DNA from: a virus
Lineage: Duplodnaviria > Heunggongvirae > Uroviricota > Caudoviricetes
DNA: 10,781 nt
IMG/VR virus record: IMGVR_UViG_2778261567_000015
Span: 1-10,781 of that record
Reading direction: 5' to 3' (one strand)
Below are positions 1 through 7,149 of the stretch, piece by piece; position 1 is the first letter of the stretch; each line of letters starts with the position of its first letter. Below the pieces are notes generated by a model. That model saw nothing but the letters and a program-made list of their open reading frames with translations, had not been told where the DNA came from and made no database searches. The translations under genes and the position numbers were made by a program.

Positions 1-282
1 TTACCGCCGTAACCGCTCCGGCTTCTTCCAGTGGTACGTTATTTTTTCTTTCTCCCGATACAGTTCAACGCGGCGATTGTAGGCCAGCATTTCCAGAACG
101 CGGATCCGTATGTTGCGCATATCCACATCATTAAGCTGGATACCATCACGGCGCATCACCTCCGCAACAACACGCACATAATTTTCGGCGGTCACGCTGT
201 CCGGCTGCGTGGCCTGTTCGTCAGCCTGCTGGCTGATTCCGGCAACGCGACGGATTAATCGCAGTAGTTCGGCTTCTGTCAT
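1..282 (-). CDS. hypothetical protein (93 aa)
   Basis: Complete ORF: ATG at 280-282 with a GGGGG stretch just upstream on the minus strand, stop at 1-3. No family recognised. Confidence 0.45.
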   Translation of the reverse strand: MTEAELLRLIRRVAGISQQADEQATQPDSVTAENYVRVVAEVMRRDGIQLNDVDMRNIRIRVLEMLAYNRRVELYREKEKITYHWKKPERLRR

Positions 283-314
283 TGTGCCCCCATCGTTCTG
301 ATAGTCTGGTGTCG

Positions 315-530
315 TCGGGTCCTTCCTGGAATTATGGCCCGTTACGGGGCGGCGACCTCGCGGTTTTTATCTGTTTATGAAAATTTTTCTGGAAAAAGCA
401 TGTCGGCACTTCTCGAACATAACTATTTGTTTTTAAATAGATACACAATAAAAAGAAACGACACGGTAATCATCTGAAATGGCGATTTATGACGCTTTCA
501 TGTCGTTTCTCAGTTTTGTTCAATAATTGC
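315..530 (+). other. lambda-type cos site A (cosQ-like, cosN, long cosB-like region)
   Basis: 12-mer GGGCGGCGACCT at 347-358, preceded by CGGGTCCTTCC...GTTACG and followed by CGCGGTTTTTATCTGTTTATGAAAATTTTTCTGG, which closely matches my recollection of the lambda cohesive end and left-end sequence. Further lambda-like blocks follow (CATAACTATTTGTTTTTAAATAGATAC; inverted AGAAACGACA 454-463 / TGTCGTTTCT 501-510, R-site-like). Confidence 0.7.
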
Positions 531-537
531 GCTGCGG

Positions 538-1080
538 TTACTCGCCTTTCTTCTGTAGCAACTTTTCCGGTACGTCTCCGGTAGTTTCCATCAGGTAATC
601 AGCCAGTATCTTCGGGAGGTTGTCGGCAACTGTGGCACTGGCATTACAGGCTTTAGCCACTTCCTTTTTAAGTCCATCCAGCATGGCGGGGGTCATCTGT
701 GGGAATCCCCTTTGCATAGTAAGCGGGAGGCTGTCCATGATTGAAGAAATCTGGTTCGCCAGCTTTGAAAGCGCGTACAGGCAAAAACCTGTATCAATCA
801 CGTCGCCGCGTTCGCGCTCGTTTTTAAGCTCCTGCGCCTCCGCCTGGGCCGTCAGTAATCGGATTCTTACGCGTAAAAGTTCATCATCGTCGATATCGCC
901 TTTGTCGTTTGTAACCTGGTCAATTGCATTGCTTACCCGATTGTCTATCACGCTGGCAACATCGTAAAAAGCCTCGCGGCCTTTACGTTCAACGGGAGTC
1001 ACTCCCCACTTGTCGAACGCTGTCGCACTTACACGGCAGCTTTGCGCCATAGTTTTTTTGTTCATCAGGTGCGATTTCAT
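538..1080 (-). CDS. phage small terminase subunit, lambda Nu1 family (TerS-like)
   Basis: Translation aligns by eye to lambda Nu1 along most of its length (e.g. LLTAQAEAQELKNERERGDVIDTGFCLYALSKLANQISSIMDSLPLTMQRGFP versus Nu1 RLTRAQADAQELKNARDSAEVVETAFCTFVLSRIAGEIASILDGLPLSVQRRFP). Start is ambiguous: GTG 1092, ATG 1080 (GTGGGGA SD upstream) or ATG 1065 (MNKKT, matching Nu1 MEVNKKQ). Confidence 0.8.
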   Translation of the reverse strand: MKSHLMNKKTMAQSCRVSATAFDKWGVTPVERKGREAFYDVASVIDNRVSNAIDQVTNDKGDIDDDELLRVRIRLLTAQAEAQELKNERERGDVIDTGFCLYALSKLANQISSIMDSLPLTMQRGFPQMTPAMLDGLKKEVAKACNASATVADNLPKILADYLMETTGDVPEKLLQKKGE

Positions 1081-1092
1081 CAATATCCCCAC

Positions 1093-1257
1093 TTAGTTAA
1101 GGTTTCAGGTTGGTGTATTGGTTTTATATTTCCCTTTTTATTCATAAAGATAGAGCAAACAACAAAACCACCACCACCACCCTGAAAAAGCTCATAAATA
1201 GCGAAAAACCGCGAGGTCGCCGCCCCGTAACGGGTCCATATGCCGGAAAGGACCCGT
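1093..1257 (-). other. lambda-type cos site B (cosQ-like and cosN conserved, cosB diverged), oriented toward the TerS-like gene
   Basis: Reverse complement of 1201-1257 is a near-identical copy of 315-371 (ACGGGTCCTTTCCGG...GTTACGGGGCGGCGACCTCGCGGTTTTTCGC). cosN 12-mer is the complement of 1214-1225. Lambda-like sequence continues about 25 bp (CGCTATTTATGA), then becomes unique, including an (ACC)5 run at 1167-1182. Confidence 0.7.
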
Positions 1258-1280
1258 AAAAAAAGCCGGATTTCTCCGGC
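1258..1280 (-). terminator. intrinsic terminator (minus strand)
   Basis: Hairpin GCCGGA-TTTC-TCCGGC (1265-1280) followed on the minus strand by a U-run (A-run 1258-1264 on plus). Lies downstream of the decoration-protein gene. Confidence 0.5.
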
Positions 1281-1401
1281 CTGTCTCAGATAGTTTTCAG
1301 TATGCGATCGATGTCGCCGTCATCGCCTGGGTTTCTGCTTTAAATTTACTCGCCAGCGGTAGCGCCATGATGCTTTCATTCGTTGCCATCGTTCCCCCTG
1401 C

Positions 1402-1737
1402 TTATCGCGCCAGCGGCTGAACGGATACGCCAGAACCCGCAAAGGCGGCGCATTTTTTCGCGTCAGTGTCGACGCTCTCAGGCCAGTTTACGGCGGCGAT
1501 ATTAAATATCCCCGTCTTGTAACACTGTGCTGATTTCTGCTTTGACGTGTCCACAGGGTACGAGGTCAGATAAACAGCCTTGCCAGATTCCTGACCATCC
1601 CACGGCTTAAACTCGCCATTGTCCGCCAGCATCAGCGGGGTAAATTCCTGAATGACGCCAGCATCAGCGGCAAAATGTACCAGCGTCGTGGATACCTGCT
1701 GACTGCCTGCAAATAACTCAATGTATGGAGTGTTCAT
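1402..1737 (-). CDS. head decoration protein, lambda gpD-like (111 aa)
   Basis: Same length as gpD and shared blocks TPLMLAD, WDG, and GIFNIAAVNWPES...KKCAAFAGSGVSV versus gpD GTFRYEDVLWPEA...KKRTAFAGTAISIV. GGGGGA SD before the ATG at 1737. Confidence 0.75.
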   Translation of the reverse strand: MNTPYIELFAGSQQVSTTLVHFAADAGVIQEFTPLMLADNGEFKPWDGQESGKAVYLTSYPVDTSKQKSAQCYKTGIFNIAAVNWPESVDTDAKKCAAFAGSGVSVQPLAR

Positions 1738-1748
1738 AGAATCCCCCG

Positions 1749-2804
1749 TTAACCAATTTTGACGGTAACAAATTTGCGAATATCTGCTGGTACCGGCTGC
1801 GGTGCGCTGTGCGTCTGAACGTACTCAATCGCCGGATCGCCGTCTTCAATCCAGTTTTTCGGGTAGTACATGTTTTGCGTTGCACCAGTTCTTACCGCTT
1901 CCTGATCCATAATCGCGCCATAGGCCACCAGCCCTTTATTGTTGGTGTTGCCCAGGACCAGCAAATCAGGCTCAAGGAAATATTTTTCGGTACCGTCGCT
2001 GTCAGTGTATTTGCCGGAATAGACGATAAGGGCCAGATCTCCCAGATAGCCTTTAAAGCTCACCACTTCGCCCAGGTTTTTACAGGCCAGTTCGGCGGCG
2101 GATTCTGAACCACGGGAAAGATCGTACAGCTCACGGAATTTTTTAAAGCTGCGTAACGTGCGCCATACCTCAGCGCCCATAATCATGACGTTGGCGGGGC
2201 AACCTGCCTGATCTGCGTATAGTTCGATGTCATAGATTGGATCGTAAATATCTTTATCATGCTCGGACCATTTTTTACCCTTGGCCTGCTCTATGATGCA
2301 GTTTTCCGGTATTTTCCAGTCGATTTCATAGCGTTCTATGCCTTCGCCCTCAATGATGTTTTTTCCGGTCGTGACCGCATTTACAGCCAGCCATTCAACA
2401 CGCGCTTTAATGGCGTTTATCTGGCGGCGCATGTTGCCAGTAATCAGGCGCATACGGCGGTAGGTAGGGTCGTTAAGCAGTGCCGGATCTTCTCCAGCCA
2501 TGCGCATTATCGTTTTTAATGGATCGATTTCGTGCTTTGGCTTCATGTAGCCTGGTTTAATCGTGCTGGTTTCGTACCCTTTATCGCGCTGAACCTGGCT
2601 ACCCACCACAGGCGAACAAAACGCCGATATAGTGACTTCTTCAATGTCCAGGTTATCAAGCATGATGTTCTGGGTGCTGAATGTCGCCACGTTCGGGAAA
2701 AACAGTGTGGTAAACAGCGGACTGAATTTATATTCCGCAATATCCCCGCGATTCAGGTACGTGAAAAGCTGATTAGTTGTAAGTGCTGTTGCTTTTACTG
2801 TCAT
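1749..2804 (-). CDS. major capsid protein, lambda gpE family (351 aa)
   Basis: Multiple long blocks match lambda gpE from memory: KFSPLFTTLFF/KFDPLFLRLFF, KPGYMKPKHEIDP/TPGYVKPKHEVNP, DPTYRRMRLITGNMR/DPAYRRRRIIMQNMR, WSEHDKDIYDP/WSKRDKSTYDP, FKGYLGDLALIVYSGKY/YKGMYGDVAIVVYSGQY, YPKNWIEDGDPA/YPKNWVTTGDPA. GGGGGTG SD; start overlaps the upstream stop (TAATG). Confidence 0.9.
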   Translation of the reverse strand: MTVKATALTTNQLFTYLNRGDIAEYKFSPLFTTLFFPNVATFSTQNIMLDNLDIEEVTISAFCSPVVGSQVQRDKGYETSTIKPGYMKPKHEIDPLKTIMRMAGEDPALLNDPTYRRMRLITGNMRRQINAIKARVEWLAVNAVTTGKNIIEGEGIERYEIDWKIPENCIIEQAKGKKWSEHDKDIYDPIYDIELYADQAGCPANVMIMGAEVWRTLRSFKKFRELYDLSRGSESAAELACKNLGEVVSFKGYLGDLALIVYSGKYTDSDGTEKYFLEPDLLVLGNTNNKGLVAYGAIMDQEAVRTGATQNMYYPKNWIEDGDPAIEYVQTHSAPQPVPADIRKFVTVKIG

Positions 2805-3010
2805 TATTCACCCCCGTGAACCTGATTCATACCCAGCGCCGCGCGTAAATAGGCGCGTACCTGCCAGCCTGTTGACGGCTCAACCATCGCCAGCGGATCA
2901 AGTCCTGCCGCAATGCCTGCTTTTACGTTCTGCTGGTGGCGTTCCTTGAGCGCCTTCACGATGTCGGGGCTTATGTACACCGAAACACCGCCTTTTTTCT
3001 CTTCAGCCAT
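2804..3010 (-). CDS. hypothetical protein (68 aa), first gene of the morphogenesis operon
   Basis: ATG at 3008-3010 with AGAGGA SD; stop overlaps the capsid ATG (translational coupling). No family recognised. Confidence 0.5.
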   Translation of the reverse strand: MAEEKKGGVSVYISPDIVKALKERHQQNVKAGIAAGLDPLAMVEPSTGWQVRAYLRAALGMNQVHGGE

Positions 3011-3045
3011 AGTAAGAAATTCCTCTTTGACTTAAAAAATCATAA

Positions 3046-3094
3046 CTGGATGTTCATCCAGCTCTGATTATAATCAGGATTGCATTTTGTGCAA
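3046..3094 (-). promoter_or_regulatory. candidate sigma70 promoter of the morphogenesis operon with a perfect palindrome at the start of the leader
   Basis: Minus strand reads TTGCAC (complement of 3089-3094), 16 bp spacer, TATAAT (complement of 3067-3072). Perfect 7-2-7 palindrome CTGGATG-TT-CATCCAG at 3046-3061 sits between promoter and SD. Confidence 0.4.
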
Positions 3095-3174
3095 TGATGT
3101 TGAGTTGTGTTGCAAATTATGAAATGATTATCCCGATCATGTGTGCCAGCGCACCAAAAAACCTCATATGCAAA

Positions 3175-3241
3175 AGCCCGATAAGCCCCCTCTGACCTTA
3201 TCGGGCTTTTTTTGGGTACAAAAAAGCCGGATTTCTCCGGC
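3175..3241. terminator. tandem intrinsic terminators separating replication and morphogenesis modules
   Basis: Hairpin GCCCGATAAG...CTTATCGGGC (3175-3205) followed by a T-run (3206-3212). Second hairpin GCCGGA-TTTC-TCCGGC (3226-3241) with a flanking A-run, acting on the minus strand just after the stop at 3249. Confidence 0.55.
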
Positions 3242-3248
3242 TGTGTGA

Positions 3249-3521
3249 TTAGCTGTCTGGGTAATTACGCCATATTTCATCGCTTACACCATCTATACCC
3301 ATTTCAGCATAAGTGCGATCGACTGCCTTTCTCAGGTCTCCGAAGTTATCCGGCGGCTCCGGTGGCTTCTGTGCCTTCCTGGAACATTCCAGCCGTCGCA
3401 TCGTAACCTGATGCCGTTCCTTGTCTGTCTCCACCAGCTGCATGACTTCACCCCATCGCGCCGCCGCCCTCCGGTAAAATCCTTTCGCCTCGAGTTCCTC
3501 CGCTATGCGGTCATGTACCAT
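3249..3521 (-). CDS. PerC-like small transcriptional regulator (about 90 aa)
   Basis: ATG at 3519-3521 directly after the SSB stop with GGGGTGAGG SD. Motif MVHDRIAEELEAKGFYRRAAARW resembles the PerC family as I recall it. The longer track ORF (to 3641) overlaps SSB and is not favoured. Confidence 0.55.
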   Translation of the reverse strand: MVHDRIAEELEAKGFYRRAAARWGEVMQLVETDKERHQVTMRRLECSRKAQKPPEPPDNFGDLRKAVDRTYAEMGIDGVSDEIWRNYPDS

Positions 3522-3531
3522 CCTCACCCCC

Positions 3532-3942
3532 TCAGAACGGAATACCATCACCGTAAGGGTCATCGCCTCCCGCTGGTGGCTGATTACCCTGTGTGCCTGT
3601 GGTTTTGCGTCTGTTCCCGCCAGGACGTGCCGCGCGGGCACTGATTACGCTGTCTGCGATAACCTGCCAGCCCTGCCGCGTTTCGCCGTTCTGGCCTGTC
3701 CACTGGCTTACCTGCATCGTGCCGGATACGCTGGCAACATCGCCTTTTTGATGTTTAGCCAGGAAATCGGCCTGTTTGCCAAATGCGATGACCGATAACC
3801 ATAACGTCGCCTGTCCGTCCTGTGCCTGGCTGCATGGCAAAGATACCGCCATACGCGCCAGCGTCATCGGTGTGCCCTTGCTGGTCTGTTTTACCTGCGG
3901 GTCGTCCACCAGCCGCCCGTAAGCGGCTATCTGTGCCGTCAT
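3532..3942 (-). CDS. ssb: single-stranded DNA-binding protein (SSB)
   Basis: OB-fold-like N-terminal pattern (YGRLVDDPQV...WLSVIAFGKQADFLAKHQKGDVASVSGTMQVSQWTGQNGE), Gly/Pro/Gln-rich linker and acidic C-terminal tail DDPYGDGIPF, comparable to the DDDIPF tail of bacterial SSB. Confidence 0.8.
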   Translation of the reverse strand: MTAQIAAYGRLVDDPQVKQTSKGTPMTLARMAVSLPCSQAQDGQATLWLSVIAFGKQADFLAKHQKGDVASVSGTMQVSQWTGQNGETRQGWQVIADSVISARAARPGGNRRKTTGTQGNQPPAGGDDPYGDGIPF

Positions 3943-4208
3943 AATTCCACCTCTCCGGTTTTAACGTTGATGGTTGTTACCTGTTCCGCTTCGGCAATCT
4001 CCCGTTCTGTCAGCGTGGCAAAGTTTGCCGCCGCTGTGGTCATGAATGCGCTTATCAGTTCGGGATGTTCCTTCGCGTATCCTTCCCGCGTGTGGCGGTC
4101 TATCGTTCTGATTGCCACCTTTAAGGCGTGCTCTGTCATGTCTAACGCTTTATATTTTGGCGCTGTTCTGTCTCTGCGCATTTTGGTTATCTCCTCACTC
4201 ATGCTCAC
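3939..4208 (-). CDS. hypothetical protein (about 87-89 aa)
   Basis: ORF coupled to the ssb start (overlap). GTG at 4208 or ATG at 4202, with GTGAGG upstream. No family recognised. Confidence 0.45.
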   Translation of the reverse strand: MSMSEEITKMRRDRTAPKYKALDMTEHALKVAIRTIDRHTREGYAKEHPELISAFMTTAAANFATLTEREIAEAEQVTTINVKTGEVEL

Positions 4209-4395
4209 TTTTACGCCTCACTTTTTAAAGCGTCTCGCTTCGTCTCACTTGAGATTTTTGTGTTTTGTATGTGCATGTTTCATAAGTATTTTTTTACTCC
4301 TCACTTTTGAGCATGTATACAGGTGAGAAAGTGAGTAATCGTGTTAATATTTTGTAAAAACCTCACCATTACTCACTTTTGCTACTCACTTTTTA
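4193..4395. repeat. iteron-like array, candidate replication origin
   Basis: At least 7 direct copies of (C)TCACTTTT (e.g. 4203-4213, 4216-4227, 4296-4308, 4371-4380, 4384-4395) plus inverted GTGAG copies (4323-4335) in AT-rich DNA immediately 3' of the replication ATPase gene. Confidence 0.5.
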
Positions 4396-5790
4396 CAGTG
4401 GTCCTACATCATCACCATCAATGTAAATCACGGCGTCTTTTTCCAGTTTGGCTAACCATCGCCGCATATTTTTCACGTCATACCCAAGCCGTTTCATGTC
4501 ATCACGTAACAGCGGGATCGTGCACTTGTCGCCGTTCTGTGTACGTGAACGGATGCACCCCCATAGCGCGGTATGGTTTTCCGTCTTGTTGCCTGCCTCC
4601 TCGATGCGCTCCAGTTCAACGGGAGGGCGCGGCTTATCCACCACCACCAGCGACGTGATTAACTCCCCGTCAGCGTCGGTAAAAAGCTCCACCACCCGCA
4701 AATCATAGGCAGCCTCTTTGAGTTCCTCCGCGTCCTTCATTTTGGTGCATGAGATAACCAGCGCTTCGCTTCCTGCGTCCTCCCTGCGTATCCGGTATTC
4801 AGCATCCAGCGAAGCACGAAATGCACTGGAACCGCGCGCGCCTTTCGTCTCATCCTTGCCGGAATGGTGAACCACCAGCACCGTGGCCCCTGTGCGCCGT
4901 TTCAGTTCGTCACAACCACGGATAAACGCCCCCATATCACGGGAATCATTTTCATCATTGCCACCAAAGCACCGCGCCAGCGTATCCAGAATAATCATGC
5001 GTACAGGTTTACCCGTTTCCCGCTCCACCTGACGGGCAGCGATAACCAGTTCATCAACATCAAGCGGGACAGCCGGAAAGACCGGACGGTTTACCAGATA
5101 CAGATTTTTCACCTGCTCCCCGTGTACAACCTCCCACGCTCTCACGCGACGCGGTACACCAATACCGCCTTCACCAACCACATAGAGAACAGCGCCATGT
5201 GCAACCCTGCGGCCTCCCCACTGGCGGCCCGTGGAAACGTGACACGCCCACGAACCCGCAAGGAATGATTTATAGGAACCGCTTGCCCCGTATATGCTGC
5301 ATAGCGACGATGCCGGAATAATCCCCTTTACCACGTAATCTAATTGCGTGTCGTATCCGGCAGATCCAACGCTCATCGGTAGCGTGGTTTTTCGCTGGTG
5401 GCTCAGGCTTTCCCCGCGTTCCCATGTCTCCCTAAGCCGTGGAAGCTGGTCGCTCCATTCCTCCAGCAATTCGAAATTTTCAGAAAACAGGCGCGCTTCC
5501 TGGACTCCTGCGATTGCCAGTTTCGTGGCGATGGTTAACAACTGCACTTCGTCAATATTTCCGGCACGTATCACTTTCGCCCTGAACCGACCTTTATCAA
5601 CAATCTGCAAGTTATCCAGTTCGCTTAACTGATAACGCCCCAGGTAAACGGGAGGGACTGGATCGCCTGCTTTTTTGGCCTGTGCAATGATGTAGTGCTC
5701 TGCAAATGAGTGAGCATTATCACCCGCAAAAATAACCGCTTCGGTGTGTTTATCTTTCGGTAACAGTTTTACATTCGGTGCCAGTTTCAT
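4393..5790 (-). CDS. replication ATPase / helicase, RepA-DnaB-type RecA fold (465 aa)
   Basis: Walker A-like GASGSYKS, Walker B-like RMIILDT, VLVVHHSGK motif typical of RepA-like helicases; C-terminal basic domain. Start overlaps the upstream ORF stop (ATGA). Confidence 0.8.
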   Translation of the reverse strand: MKLAPNVKLLPKDKHTEAVIFAGDNAHSFAEHYIIAQAKKAGDPVPPVYLGRYQLSELDNLQIVDKGRFRAKVIRAGNIDEVQLLTIATKLAIAGVQEARLFSENFELLEEWSDQLPRLRETWERGESLSHQRKTTLPMSVGSAGYDTQLDYVVKGIIPASSLCSIYGASGSYKSFLAGSWACHVSTGRQWGGRRVAHGAVLYVVGEGGIGVPRRVRAWEVVHGEQVKNLYLVNRPVFPAVPLDVDELVIAARQVERETGKPVRMIILDTLARCFGGNDENDSRDMGAFIRGCDELKRRTGATVLVVHHSGKDETKGARGSSAFRASLDAEYRIRREDAGSEALVISCTKMKDAEELKEAAYDLRVVELFTDADGELITSLVVVDKPRPPVELERIEEAGNKTENHTALWGCIRSRTQNGDKCTIPLLRDDMKRLGYDVKNMRRWLAKLEKDAVIYIDGDDVGPL

Positions 5791-6086
5791 TTTTTACCCC
5801 TGAATCCGTTAATCATGGTTTTCAGCTTCTGGATGTTTGCCCGTGCTCTGGCGTTGCTGGTGGGCACGTTATGCGGCGCGGTCTGTACCAGAGAAAAATC
5901 ACGCCGGAACTGATAAACAGGCATCACGCAATCATATTCGTAACCTTCACGGCGGTAAGTTACGCACCGTCCCGCCACGCCCTTAATCATTACCGTGCCG
6001 CCGTACTGGTCGCGGTAAATATCACCGCGCGTAAATTTAGGGTGAGTGTTGCCACTGGCAGTTAAGCCAGAATATTTAAGTTTCAT
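5787..6086 (-). CDS. hypothetical protein (99 aa), coupled to the replication ATPase
   Basis: Complete ORF; 4-nt overlap with the downstream ATPase start. No family recognised. Confidence 0.5.
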   Translation of the reverse strand: MKLKYSGLTASGNTHPKFTRGDIYRDQYGGTVMIKGVAGRCVTYRREGYEYDCVMPVYQFRRDFSLVQTAPHNVPTSNARARANIQKLKTMINGFRGKK

Positions 6087-6091
6087 TATTT

Positions 6092-6325
6092 TTATTCTCC
6101 GGTGTGCTGTTCTTTATATCTGTCGTGCAATAGATCTATTTCTTGCAGTTCCATTATTACAGGCTCAAGAAGCGTTATTAATGCCGTGGCAATTCTTGAT
6201 TTTTGTTTGTCGCGTTCATTGTCGCCAAGTGTTTCAAGCCATATGCGCAATATTTCCAGCATGTTTTCACTGTGAGAAAGTGCAAGAAATGCGCGGTATA
6301 TTGTTTCGTGGTAAATATCACGCAT
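6092..6325 (-). CDS. hypothetical small acidic protein (77 aa)
   Basis: ORF in a tightly packed co-directional operon; start 2 nt after the upstream stop; Glu/Asp-rich. Confidence 0.5.
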   Translation of the reverse strand: MRDIYHETIYRAFLALSHSENMLEILRIWLETLGDNERDKQKSRIATALITLLEPVIMELQEIDLLHDRYKEQHTGE

Positions 6326-6326
6326 A

Positions 6327-6548
6327 TTAATCCCCGTCCGTCGTTTTTCTTAAAATAACCTCTGTCACGAAATCAGCATAATCGGCGGCGATATTCAGTA
6401 CATCAAGCCCCGTTGATTTATATTCTCTCGTGGAAAGTAAGAAAAAAGCCGCTCTAATAAGTTCTGGCATTGACGAAAGCGCATCAGCCGCATCATCAGG
6501 AACGCCGGAAAATTCCTGTTTCAGGGAATTAAAACGATCATCACGCAT
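6327..6548 (-). CDS. hypothetical small acidic protein (73 aa)
   Basis: Start chosen at ATG 6546-6548 (MRDD...), with GGGGTGGG upstream and just before the upstream gene's stop. The track's longer start at 6596 overlaps the upstream gene. Confidence 0.45.
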   Translation of the reverse strand: MRDDRFNSLKQEFSGVPDDAADALSSMPELIRAAFFLLSTREYKSTGLDVLNIAADYADFVTEVILRKTTDGD

Positions 6549-6762
6549 AACCCACCCCATTTTCACAATCAGCAACAAGAATATTTTTAGCGTCATTCAG
6601 CGACCGCGTGGCGGTGTATCGGATACATTCCAGGGCGAACTGTGTCCGGTCTTTCTGTTCTTCTCCCTGCGCAAGCTCTGCCGTGCATTCAATATCAATA
6701 AGCGCGTGCATCAGCGTAGTGAGTGCGGCGGCGGCTGCGTCCGGTGTGGTTTTATTGCACAT
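6541..6762 (-). CDS. hypothetical small acidic protein (73 aa)
   Basis: Start chosen at ATG 6760-6762 (MCNKTT...), preceded by GGAGGGG SD and overlapping the upstream stop. Confidence 0.45.
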   Translation of the reverse strand: MCNKTTPDAAAAALTTLMHALIDIECTAELAQGEEQKDRTQFALECIRYTATRSLNDAKNILVADCENGVGYA

Positions 6763-6983
6763 GTACCCCTCCGCATTTTTTTTCGTTAGAAATAAGCGTT
6801 CTTCTTTCCTGTTCATCGCTCAGGAATACGCAGACCTCACCGCTAAGGCGTTTAAGTAAGCCGATGATTGCCCCTGATTCGCTGTCGGTCATCATGCCAG
6901 GGTAATCCTCTGCCAGTGCGCAAATAACTTCGATTTGGTGGGCGCGTTCTGCTGCCTGTTGTAGCGTGATTTCCTGGCTCATA
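6752..6983 (-). CDS. hypothetical small acidic protein (76 aa)
   Basis: Start at ATG 6981-6983 overlapping the stop of the Icd-like gene (ATGA); ends at the TAA at 6752-6754. Confidence 0.5.
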
Positions 6984-7146
6984 AGCCTACCCCCTGACGA
7001 ATACGGGCGACAAAAATAAGATGTGCGTGCGGCAGCTGGGCGCGGGCTTCGCGTTCTGTTGCTGCCGTGACGGTAAAGAGTGAGGTTTGTTTTTCCTGGC
7101 ACTGCATAAAGCGCCAGACAAAGTAAGGGCGTGCGGATACAGCCAT
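6979..7146 (-). CDS. Icd-like small protein, paralog 2 (55 aa)
   Basis: ATG at 7144-7146 with AGGAGCC SD. Paralogous to 7433..7630 (FVWRF...TEREAR...FVARIRQG). Family name 'host cell division inhibitor Icd-like' is from memory. The track ORF extending to 7482 is treated as a non-functional extension. Confidence 0.5.
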   Translation of the reverse strand: MAVSARPYFVWRFMQCQEKQTSLFTVTAATEREARAQLPHAHLIFVARIRQGVGL

Positions 7147-7149
7147 GTG

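Noticed and set aside
31-967. Plus-strand ORFs 31..258 and 620..967
   Set aside because: Antisense to the 93-aa ORF and to the TerS-like gene respectively; no start signals.
1297-1389. 30-codon minus-strand ORF with GGGGGA SD between the decoration gene and cos site B
   Set aside because: Too short to support as a gene without conservation or expression evidence; may be leader sequence preceding the terminator at 1258-1280.
1809-2819. Plus-strand ORFs 1809..2108, 2259..2519, 2532..2819 and minus ORF 2543..2740
   Set aside because: All lie inside or antisense to the gpE-like capsid gene; shadow ORFs.
3212-3798. Plus-strand ORFs 3212..3406, 3411..3644, 3505..3798 and the long form of 3249..3641
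   Set aside because: Antisense or overlapping the PerC-like and SSB genes; the PerC-like gene most plausibly starts at 3521 directly after the SSB stop.
4341-5632. Plus-strand ORFs 4341..4658, 4448..4708, 4864..5268, 5348..5632
   Set aside because: Antisense to the replication ATPase gene; low-complexity translations.
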